A DNA stretch of 64,000 nucleotides from Veleropilina oligotropha. Taxonomy: Eukaryota. Shown here in pieces: positions 37,583 to 47,325 of this stretch (position 1 is its first letter; every line of letters starts with the position of its first letter). The notes under the pieces were generated by a model. That model ran no database searches and was not told the origin of the DNA. It was given only the letters and a program-made list of their open reading frames with translations. The translations under genes and the position numbers were made by a program. The stretch is from NCBI GenBank assembly GCA_048128005.1, contig JBEUKZ010000100.1, positions 1 to 64,000 on the forward strand. The letters run 5' to 3'.

Positions 37583-37728
37583 CTGTGCGGCTTGCTCCAC
37601 ACCGGTCGACATCATGATAATATCCACAGGTTCTGGTGTTGTCTTGGAAACAAGCACAGTAAATGGGAGCGGGAAACGTAATGGCCGCCCCGCTGTAGCC
37701 TTCAAATATGGAGTCACGGTCGGCAAAC
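37583..37728 (-). CDS. VWD/EGF membrane protein exon
   Basis: CTGCAG/GTAGTA, 146 nt, phase 2 to 1. DSIFEG...YCAC...TCG...RCG. Confidence 0.88.
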
Positions 37729-37989
37729 CTGCAGCACGAGAGAAGCAAGTACATTCAGTAAGCTTATTGCCTATAAATAACCAGACTTATTACTAATTAT
37801 ACAGGAACACACAAATTTAATATTGGAGGAAAGTTTGGGTATCTTTCATTACAAAAATGCGAAACTCACTAGAATAGTTACGGAAAACTGGGCCGATCAA
37901 CAGTCGAACGGACTCGTTTGAGCAGCACAGTATGTGAATATACACCAATAATTTTGACACCAAAATAATGTTTTGCAGAAATATTTAGC

Positions 37990-38200
37990 TGCCCCTGTGG
38001 CAGAGTGGGTCAGGTTGCTGCTCCAAATGTACTCGTACTGATTGCATGTACTGTTTTGCAACTTGAATGGGTTGGAATCATTGGCTCAGAAACTTTGTAT
38101 AGTTAACCGTCACAATGGATAATAACTGGACATGGGGAAGGTGGTTTTCATTGTTTCTCACATGGGAATATACCCATGTTTGGAAACCAGTTCAGTCAGT
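37990..38200 (+). mobile_element. SINE family 1 copy (diverged)
   Basis: A-box TGGCAGAGTGG, GGGTTGGAATC, CTTTGTATAGTTAACCGTCACA. Confidence 0.55.
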
Positions 38201-38825
38201 GCGACCAGTTAAAGCGGTGCTCTCTTGCTGCTGTGTGACTAACTAATCTAGTCATATGAATATATTAAACAATGTCAACGTGGCATGCCAGTTGAGTTTT
38301 ATTAATTTAATTAACATGCGCAAATGCAAGCTTGCATATATGTTAGATTAAAGCAGCGTTAAACGTAGCTTTCAGCATTAGATAAACAATGAAGAACCTA
38401 AACTAGATAGTCGGAACATTGCAGCGAAAGTTCATGAAAAATCTCATGTCACATCATTATGTACAATACAGTGAAATCAGAGCCTGTCTTGTCACATCAT
38501 GATCTACAATACAGTGAAAGGAGGATTAAGAGTAATCCCCTTGTATCTATAATAATATACTTACGTCCTTACTAATGCCATAATAAGCCTATTATCGCTA
38601 AATCCGGACAAGGTGGAAATGGTAATTTCCACACTTTTTAGTAAATTTAACCCAGTTGACCCACTGACCTGCTTGACCCCCTCAAGTTCATGCCTATAAA
38701 GAGCTCGCCAACTCCCGCGAGATCCCCGTGACCACAAGGTCATGACCTCATCCGAAGTTTTTAGCAAAAAACAAGGCAAAGAACTTATATAAGAGGGGAG
38801 GTGCGAAGCAGGGTGGGCCAAGTGG

Positions 38826-38916
38826 GTAAGGACGTAAGTATATTATTATAGATACAAGGGGATTACTCTTAATCCTCCTATCTATATCAAATATACTTAC
38901 GTCCTTACTAATGCCA
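38826..38916. repeat. DIRS internal complementary region (ICR)
   Basis: 38826-38878 is the reverse complement of 38520-38572. 38879-38916 is the reverse complement of 45713-45750. Confidence 0.95.
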
Positions 38917-39740
38917 AGAATAACTTTGGTTGGCGGAGTTATTAGGTCCATATACCAAAATTAAAACTTACTTGTTACCGGAAGACGACGCTTTAGCGTT
39001 GAGATCGAGTCCGTTCAGAGTAGATTTACTGAGCATCTAATCTACTCTTACCCCGAGGTGAGATTTCGACCAAGAAATCTGGGAAAACACGCCAGGGATG
39101 TAAGTCGGATGGGTAACACGAAAGTGCATGTAGCTCCGGACACCGTGCGAAAGGTATCCCTTGAAGGCACTCGTGTCATGGGCAAAAGCAGTGAACTGAA
39201 TATTCCGGACTCAAAGGTCGGCAGACAGAAAACTGCAGACGAGGTTTTAAGAGGCACCCGAACCTAGCAGGTTTACTGTGCTATAATATAAAACCTTGAC
39301 AATTATTAATAGATTGAAGAATATTCAATTCTCTTCAACTTGAATTAATAAAAAATTTTGCACGTCTATCTTGCAAAATGTCAACATGAGAACATGTTAC
39401 TTAAATAATTTTAAGTATGGAATAATATTAAAATTTTTCAATGTAAAGACATTGAAATGTTCTGTGACAGCAAGTAGAACATAGTAAAAATAATATTATT
39501 TACAAAAAACATTTTTAAGATTTCGTAATGAAATGTTTGCATCCAATGTGAGCATTAATGTCATATTATTACTCAGTTATGACTAGGTAATTTCAATTTC
39601 TTAATGATTTAAGAAAGAAATAACATTGAAGTAAAATTCTAAGGGTGTTTACAATGTACACAAATAGAATTACATTACATTACCTCAGTTCCCTGGTAAT
39701 AATCCTTTTTACCATTGACTGAAAGGATGACCTAGATCCT

Positions 39741-42649
39741 CTAATACATTGCTGATTGCTGCGACAGAGGAAATGCTATGTTCGCCAGATGCCGTGGTGC
39801 GTAATCACGCAGGTAAAAGCGAACAAACGTATTAGCATTCTTCCAATAACCAGCCTTCAAGATTGCATTGATATTTAAATTAAACTTGAAGGCCAATGAG
39901 GTCGCAAGGCCCGTGCATGAATTGAAACGAGATTTCGATCTGGCTCGGCGGACCGCTTGTAAATTCCTTTTACAACACAGACTATCCAACGTGATACAGT
40001 CGACTTGCGAATGTCGCGGTTGAATTGGGGCATGTGGCTTATGAATAAACGCTTTTGCCGTGCCGTAAGTCACGGGTCCAGTCCAGGTAGAATCTCAGCG
40101 CACGAACGGGGCAGTTCAGCCGGTCGATATCGTCTCTATCCAACATGGAGAGGTTACAGATACAAACCTCGGTACAGATATCTACAGGTCGTTGGGTCTT
40201 CCTAGGAAGCTTCCAAGGACAGTATGCAGCATCAACGACCCATTGGTGTGGAAGCGAATATCTCGCAGCTCTCCGGATAATGCGTGTATCTCCGATGCCC
40301 GACTACCGGTGGCGAGAGCGGTAAGTAATACGGTCTTATAAGTGAGATTTTGAGGGAGCATTCACTCATAGGTTCGAACGGGCATCTAAGTAAAGCATGG
40401 AGAATTCCACGCAGGCGGCCGCACCTGCTGAATAGGGCGTTCGAGTTGGTAGGAGCGTATTAAGTCCGATATTGTTTGTCGGTAGACAAGCGGGTGTGCT
40501 CGCGGCATTGTCGTAACGTCGTTGCTACGCATGATCGGTAGCCTTTGACCGCGGAAATATACATTCCACGTTCAAGCAACGACGACAAAAACTCGATAAA
40601 TTGTGTCACAGGGGGGCGGAAAGTATTGACTTGCCGCCCGCGACACCAATCCACAAATTTCTTCCATCGGTAGTGGTATATTGTTGTAGATTGCCTTCTA
40701 GATCGGTAGATGCGCTGGGCTGTCGCTCTAGAAAAGCCTTTCTTAATGAGCGATCTCTCGATAGTCGCCAGGCGTGAAAGTGAAACTCGTTCGCCGACGG
40801 GTGTAGGACCCGACTGCGCGGTTGCGATAACAGGTCTGTCATCTGCGGGAGTGCTAGTGGCTGATCGATGAGTAGATCCAGAAGTGTCGGAAACCAGGAC
40901 TGCATGCGTTGTAGGGGTGCTATTAGCGTCAACTCGCAGTCTTCGCGTGTTGCTTTCCGAAGTACTTGTGGCAACATGCACGACGGCGGAAAGGCGTAGG
41001 CGATCAGATTCTCCCATCTCATTGACAGAGCGTCGACCGCTATAGCGGCCGGGTCCGGGTAAGGAGACACATAGAGAGGGAGTCGGTGATTGTATCTGGT
41101 TGCGAATAGATCGACTTGAGGCTGCGACCACAGGCGGCAGACATCTCGGGCTACACGGGCGTGTAGCGTCCACTCTGTGTGTATTATCTGTGTTTTCCGA
41201 GAGAGCGTATCCGCTCTGACATTCAGCTTCCCCGGGATGTGTCGGGCTCGAATTGACGAGTTGAGGGACATCACTAGGCGGTGTAGGTCGATCGCTCGGT
41301 CGCAAAGCGGACGGGAGCGAGTGCCGCCCTGGTGCTGAATGTAAGCGACGACAGTCGTGTTGTCCGTGGCGAGCATTATGTGCTTGTTGCGGAGATGTGA
41401 CGAGAGCGACCGTACTGACAGGTAGACTGCTTCTAACTCTAGGAAGTTGATGTGTCGTCCCTGAAGGTCCATAGGCCAAAGGCCCGATGTCTCGTGACTG
41501 TCGAGGTGGCCTCCCCAGCCCTCGTTTGACGCGTCCGTGAAGAGGTAGGCGTTCGGTTCTGGGGGGGATATCGGAACCGACTGGCTCGGCAGGGTAGTGT
41601 TCAGCCACACTGCTGTCGTGCGATTGAACCAATGCCGAAGATCGATGCGATCCGTCCACTGTCCCGTACGTTGTATCCAGCGGTCCTTGAAGGCCTGCTG
41701 CAACGGTCGTTTGTCCATGCGACCCGTCGGTAACAGGGGAGCTACCGACTCGATGTGCCCTAGGACAGTGGCCAGTCGTCGCGCTGTAGTTATCCGTGAA
41801 GACTTCGTTTCCAGTATAACTGCGCGTAGGTTCTCTATACGTTTCTGAGTCGGTTTCGCGGTGTACCAGACCGTGTCGAATTCGACCCCTAGAAATGTAA
41901 ACGTCGTCGAGGGCACGAAGCAGGATTTCTCGTTGTTGATCTGTAATCCTAGGCGCTTCGCCGATGACAGGGTAACGCTCATCGACTGGAGGCACTGATC
42001 CCGGGACGCCCCGAGAATCAACCAGTCGTCGAGGTACATGTGTACTCTGTGCCCTTGCGAGTGTAGGAAGGCCCCGAGAGCCTGTACTACCCGCGTGAAG
42101 ACGTACGGGGCTGACGATAAACCGAACGGTAGACACCTGAATTGGTAGACCGTTCCCCCGTGGACAAACCGTAGGTACCGGTGAGCCGAGACGTGCATCG
42201 GAACGTGTAGGTACGCATCGGTCAAGTCGATAGACGCTGCCCAGTCGCCCGGACGGATGGCCGTTCGTATCTTCGAGAGTGTTTCTTGCTTGAACTTCTC
42301 GGTACGAAGATACTGGTTGAGAAATGACAGATCGAGGATCGGTCGCCAACGGCCATCGGGTTTCGGGACCAGGAAAAAGTGGCTGTAATATCCTGGTGTG
42401 CTGGGCGGCGCGGGATAAATCGCTCTTTTTGAGAGTAAGTCCCGCACTGCCTGGTCTAGGACGGCTTGTTTTTCTCTTATCAGGAGACGAGCGCGTCCTG
42501 GTGGTGGTGTCGCGTCTAGGGTTGGATGCCGGTCGAATGCCAACTTGTATCCGGCACTCACGACTGAGTGAACCCAGTTGTCCTCTGTCATTTCTAGCCA
42601 GGACAGGCTGTACTCTAACAGACACGCTCCCACCGGCGGAAGCGTGCAA
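39741..42649 (-). pseudogene. DIRS tyrosine recombinase frame: 729-codon open part overlapping pol, catalytic domain frameshifted
   Basis: YHYRWKKFVDWC...FIEFL...VKGYRS (core-binding domain). Then, in shifting frames: RPPAWN, LTALATGSRASEIHAL, NCPVRALRFY and GLATSLAF...AGYWKNANTFVRFYLR. Confidence 0.88.
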
Positions 42650-44739
42650 CTGGGCTCGTCGCGAGCGCCGGCAACCCTAGGCCGCGGCTTCCCTCTCCCG
42701 CTCTGACGGGATTTCGTCGGAGGTGCCGTTTTCGCAGTAGATTTATTGGCCGAAGGAGGCCCACTATGCGAAGGGTTGGCACGCTTGGAAGGCTTATGGG
42801 ACCGGGACGGTCCCGAGCGCTTCCTTGAGGCAGCAGCTGACGTACTACGAGGAGTATCCAAGACTGCCTTCTCAATAGCGCGATCCTTGAGGTCGGTCGC
42901 TCTCTTCTCGACAAATTCGGTGAATTTGTCTCCGAAGAGAGTAGAGGCCGACAGCGGCACGCAACGTAGAGACTGCCGGGTGGCGTCGTCTAACGTGGTG
43001 CCGTCTAGGCAAGCGTCTCTACGAAGTAGGACAGCGTTACCTAAGGATCGGGCTGACTCCGACGCGGAGTTTTCCGTGGAGGCGGCAACCTCTTCGAGGA
43101 AGGACAGTGCGATCTCTCGAGCGCGGGGTCCATCCTCTTGTAGCACGGTAATAGCTCCGTCCAAGAAGAAATCCTGGATGGAGGAATGCCGTAGAGCTCG
43201 ACGGGCGGAGCTCTCAAAGCCCTCCATGGCGGCCCATGGGACTTTGACTACCGAGGGAGCTGTACTGGCCGACAGGCGACGCACCGCTGCGTCGATCTGA
43301 ACCGGCTCAGTCGCCAGACACGTCCCAGAGCACCCGATCGGAATCGGACGCCTACTGGGCCGGAGGTACCTTCCCTTACGGAGATCACTAGGGTACTCCG
43401 TTAAAGTGGAAGTCTCCACCGATTTGGACCCCTGAATGGATTTGGTCGTCGAGTCGAGGACGAGCGAGACCAACCCAGACTGGGGAAGGGTAGGAAGCAG
43501 GGGGGCTTCCGTCCCATCAAACCGACGTGCCGCTGTCCTGTGCGTGACTCCGCTTACCGGCAGGGCCGGGTCGAGCAAGTCAAGCACCCCGCAAGTCAAG
43601 CACCACGCTGGGACCTGGGGCGGCTGGGTAGCCGGTAGCCAGGACCTACAACGTGACTCGACTTCCGTCGCAATCATAGCCTGGACATTCTCGAACGAGA
43701 AACCCGGAGGCATGACGGACGTCGGACCAACAGCCATTGGTCCGCTCGAGGTTACCGTAGCGCATGGTGGAAGGGCTGCACGGACAGGTGGAGCCGAGAA
43801 CCAGGGTCTCGGGGTACCTGTCGGGCAACCGCTACCAGGGAATCGGCCCGAAGGCTTGATAACTGGTGCGAACGACCCGTAGGACTGCGACCACAGTCCA
43901 TATGGGTCTGTAACCCTGCTCGAGTGAAGCATGTGGGAATACCCGCCGTACACTTCAGCCCCGAGCGCAGCCGATCCTACCACACCACCTAGGACGTCTT
44001 GAAAAGAACCGCCGGAGGTAATGGGCCTTCCATCGGTCTCGTGGGCTCCGACGGTGGCGGGATTAGTCTTTATACTAGCGCCGTTGTCGGACGAGAGGAT
44101 GGGTTTCGTCGAGCGTCTGGAACTTGGACCACTTTCGTGGTGCCCAGCAACTATATCGACTTTTTCTGCCAGTCGTTTCGCTTCTTGTTCAGAAGCTACT
44201 AAACTCGCAGAAGGACTAACGCTGCCTTGCTCCTCCGAGGCCGGAGGAGAGGAAAGGTTTTGTCTGCCCTGTACAGCTTTTCGCCGCAGCGCTCGACGTG
44301 TCTTACTGGTCGGCAAGACACTCTGAGCAGCGGCTACTAGGCCCAAAGGAGAGGAGTCGGACGGCACTCGGGCCTGTACCTGAACCATGGATCCCGACGA
44401 AGTTACTGGGACTTTCCCCAAAGTCTCAGAGGTTCCGACGGCGGATCCCGCGATAGCCGCTGTCCCAACACGGCTATCACCGAGAGTATCTGAAACAGAA
44501 AGAATAGAATCAAAGCCTGTCTCTAATCTGTTAAGCTTCTCGGTGGCTGTCCCATCGGGAGAAGATGCCCTGGTTTTCTTCCCCGTTGGGAAAAGAATCT
44601 CCCACTGCCGATATGTCAATACGGTACAATGCTCACACGGATGTTTACCCCTAAAACAAACACGGTGAACAGTGCATTCGGGGTGCGTGTCAAAACCACG
44701 GATTTTCTGTCTGCACCCGGAAACACTGCAATGCACCAT
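40606..44739 (-). CDS. DIRS gag-RT-RNase H-adenine methyltransferase polyprotein
   Basis: N-terminal Cys/His finger and gag LLRRDACL. RT: RPILDL, IDLTDAYLH, LPFGLSSAP, YLDDW. RNase H: FTDASNEGWG, HINFLELEA, TDNTT, NVRADTLSR. MT: VDLFA, YAFPP. First ATG at 44739; the ORF track starts at GTG 44751. Confidence 0.93.
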   Translation of the reverse strand: MVHCSVSGCRQKIRGFDTHPECTVHRVCFRGKHPCEHCTVLTYRQWEILFPTGKKTRASSPDGTATEKLNRLETGFDSILSVSDTLGDSRVGTAAIAGSAVGTSETLGKVPVTSSGSMVQVQARVPSDSSPLGLVAAAQSVLPTSKTRRALRRKAVQGRQNLSSPPASEEQGSVSPSASLVASEQEAKRLAEKVDIVAGHHESGPSSRRSTKPILSSDNGASIKTNPATVGAHETDGRPITSGGSFQDVLGGVVGSAALGAEVYGGYSHMLHSSRVTDPYGLWSQSYGSFAPVIKPSGRFPGSGCPTGTPRPWFSAPPVRAALPPCATVTSSGPMAVGPTSVMPPGFSFENVQAMIATEVESRCRSWLPATQPPQVPAWCLTCGVLDLLDPALPVSGVTHRTAARRFDGTEAPLLPTLPQSGLVSLVLDSTTKSIQGSKSVETSTLTEYPSDLRKGRYLRPSRRPIPIGCSGTCLATEPVQIDAAVRRLSASTAPSVVKVPWAAMEGFESSARRALRHSSIQDFFLDGAITVLQEDGPRAREIALSFLEEVAASTENSASESARSLGNAVLLRRDACLDGTTLDDATRQSLRCVPLSASTLFGDKFTEFVEKRATDLKDRAIEKAVLDTPRSTSAAASRKRSGPSRSHKPSKRANPSHSGPPSANKSTAKTAPPTKSRQSGRGKPRPRVAGARDEPSCTLPPVGACLLEYSLSWLEMTEDNWVHSVVSAGYKLAFDRHPTLDATPPPGRARLLIREKQAVLDQAVRDLLSKRAIYPAPPSTPGYYSHFFLVPKPDGRWRPILDLSFLNQYLRTEKFKQETLSKIRTAIRPGDWAASIDLTDAYLHVPMHVSAHRYLRFVHGGTVYQFRCLPFGLSSAPYVFTRVVQALGAFLHSQGHRVHMYLDDWLILGASRDQCLQSMSVTLSSAKRLGLQINNEKSCFVPSTTFTFLGVEFDTVWYTAKPTQKRIENLRAVILETKSSRITTARRLATVLGHIESVAPLLPTGRMDKRPLQQAFKDRWIQRTGQWTDRIDLRHWFNRTTAVWLNTTLPSQSVPISPPEPNAYLFTDASNEGWGGHLDSHETSGLWPMDLQGRHINFLELEAVYLSVRSLSSHLRNKHIMLATDNTTVVAYIQHQGGTRSRPLCDRAIDLHRLVMSLNSSIRARHIPGKLNVRADTLSRKTQIIHTEWTLHARVARDVCRLWSQPQVDLFATRYNHRLPLYVSPYPDPAAIAVDALSMRWENLIAYAFPPSCMLPQVLRKATREDCELTLIAPLQRMQSWFPTLLDLLIDQPLALPQMTDLLSQPRSRVLHPSANEFHFHAWRLSRDRSLRKAFLERQPSASTDLEGNLQQYTTTDGRNLWIGVAGGKSILSAPL

Positions 44740-46209
44740 AGCTACGTACACGGGTAGGTAGGAGATAGGGGTATGAAGTGATAAGGGTATTTCTACTGGT
44801 AGTTTACCAAATTACTACTACAACCTCGATTGTACCTGATCCGAGAGTTGGAAAAGGCCGAAATACACTCAAAACCTGCGGCGGATTATACGCCCAAACA
44901 CCGACTTTGGTAAACTTTTTAACACAAGTCGGCCAACGAATTGAAAAACGGGGGGTCTTTCTTTTATAAGAAACCGCCCTTCACACCTAAAAACCTCTTG
45001 GATGTATATATATCAATTTGTTAGAATTCGGCGTGTTATCCCCGACTTAGCAGATTTATCAAAATAACGCTAGGTAAATTATAAACAATCTGCTTTTCAA
45101 CGACGATAAATTTGATTACATAAATTTATAGCAAGAAAAACGTCGTTGAGGAAATTATCGTATATATAAATGAATTGTCAATGCAAATCAAGCACTATCA
45201 ATAAAACAACTCTCTCCTGACTCCTTTTAGTAATTGCTAAGGAGCTTCCTTCTTTAAATATCCCTCTGAGCGTCCTCTTTTCTTTCTTTCAGAAAACCAA
45301 GATGGCGTCGTCAGTGGAGGGTGTTGATTTCCGTTTTTGTCTGTACTCGACAGGAAAACTTCCAAGAAGGGCTTATTCAGGAGGAAAACTCTCCAAATTT
45401 CCACTACACGTGTTTAACATGCTACAATCGATCTTATGAGCTAATGATTATATAAATCTGGCTCTAAAAAAGATCGAATTTACATCAAATAGATGGAGCA
45501 AAGAAAAACGCGACTGTCTCAAAGATGGCGGAAAACTTCGGATGAGGTCATGACCTTGTGGTCACGGGGATCTCGCGTGAGTTGGCGAGCTCTTTATAGG
45601 CATGAACTTGAGGGGGTCAAGCAGGTCAGTGGGTCAACTGGGTTAAATTTACTAAAAAGTGCGGAAATTACCATTTCCACCTTGTTCGGATTTAGCGATA
45701 ATAGGCTTATTATGGCATTAGTAAGGACGTAAGTATATTTGATATAGATATCAGAGCCTGTCATGTCACATCATGATGTACAATACAGTGAAATCAGAGC
45801 CTGTCATGTCGCATCATTATGCACAATACAGTGAAATCAGAGCCTGTCATGTCACATCATGATGCACAATACAGTGAAATCAGAGCCTGTCATGTCACAT
45901 CATGATGCACAATACAGTGAAATCAGAGCCTGTCATGTCACATCATGATGTACAATACAGTGAAATCAGAGCGTCATGTCACATCATGATGCACAATACA
46001 GTGAAATCAGAGCGTCATGTCACATCATGATGCACAATACAGTGAAATCAGAGCCTGTCATGTCGCATCATTATGCACAATACAGTGAAATCAGAGCGTC
46101 ATGTCACATCATGATGCACAATACAGTGAAATCAGAGCCTGTCATGTCACATCATGATGCACAATACAGTGAAATCAGAGCGTCATGTCACATCATGATG
46201 TACAGTACA

Positions 46210-47325
46210 CAGGCCACGATAATTGAAAAATCTACGTAACCCAAAATTGGGTTACGTCAATTTTACTGGCGTAACCCAATTGGTTACGCAAATTATTTGT
46301 CATGTATTTCACTTAATATGGGTGATGTGTAAGAAGTAATGCTTAATAGCCTTATAATTAACAGATTAGATGCAAGCCTAGGCAATTAAACATTAAAAAC
46401 ATTGATTAATTGGTGAAATATTGTACGACCGCTTTTAGCAATATTTCAGCCTAGACTCCAGATTTAATGTTTCCTGAACATCAGATGGCTTTTGTTTAAA
46501 ATATCCAGCCAGTATTCATACTGTTATACATGCTCTGGCTAACTACAAGGGAAATATTTTAATACTACTAATAATTTCATGATCATCCTAGATGCCAACT
46601 ATAGATTATATACCCTGAAATATGCATTGTCCTTCTTAAAAGGTGTGATATGAAATATTGCCACCTGAGTCAATTTTAGGTAGTCATTCAATATTTAGAA
46701 TGGTAAAATTAAAATTTTAAAAGTTATTTCAATCACTTAATTCATGACCATCAGGTTATGTTAACTATGTTTTATTATTAATAGCTTTGCTTTCATATAA
46801 AAGAAAGCAAAAGTAAAACTTTATTAATAGATACTTTCCTTAAAATTACTTTAATTTCTGAACAGCAATTTTAGAACAAATCCATTTTAAAAGCCATTCC
46901 CCTCAAGTCAAATTTAAGTTTTCAGAAAACCTCCTACTTAAACACAGTTTTTCAGTTCAGCGTTTTTATAGCCAATATACCAAATAGTATTTACAGAAAC
47001 TCAGTTTCGAACTCAGTTGTTTAAACGAATGCGTCCGTTAGTAAATAACAATGGCGGAACACGTGGAACAAAAGCGACTTTGGAGACATTATGATAAAGA
47101 TAAGTGAATAAAAAGTCAATTTAATAGTTCTTTGAATACATGGATAACTTTTTAAAGAAGTAATAGATAATCTGGCCAATTTGCATGTTGTTTTTGCAGA
47201 CGGATACTACTATTTGAAAAAAACGAAGTTTTATTTTGCGCGAACGAATTTTCGTTCGCGTCATTTTGGATTTGCGTAACCGACACGCGAACGAAACGAT
47301 CGTTCGCGTGAAAAATCGCGGCTTG
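46210..47325. mobile_element. Non-autonomous DNA transposon with 6-bp TSD
   Basis: TIRs CAGGCCACGAT / ATCGCGGCTTG. TSD AGTACA at 46204-46209 and 47326-47331. Paired subterminal palindromes at each end. Confidence 0.85.

Larger units (their letters stand above)
38520..45750 (-). mobile_element. DIRS1-type tyrosine-recombinase retrotransposon, structurally full length (7231 bp)
   Basis: 208-bp ITRs (38554-38761 and 45532-45739, 3 mismatches seen), ICR at 38826-38916, gag/RT/RNaseH/MT and YR coding regions, no TSD. Confidence 0.96.

Noticed and set aside
41597..44668. Several plus-strand ORFs of 67-184 aa
   Set aside because: Antisense shadows of the GC-rich DIRS coding region, with no recognisable motifs.
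40606..44751. Bacterial or phage contamination or horizontal transfer (GC-rich, RT + methylase + integrase)
   Set aside because: The ITR/ICR structure and domain order are those of a eukaryotic DIRS element, cleanly integrated in a host intron.
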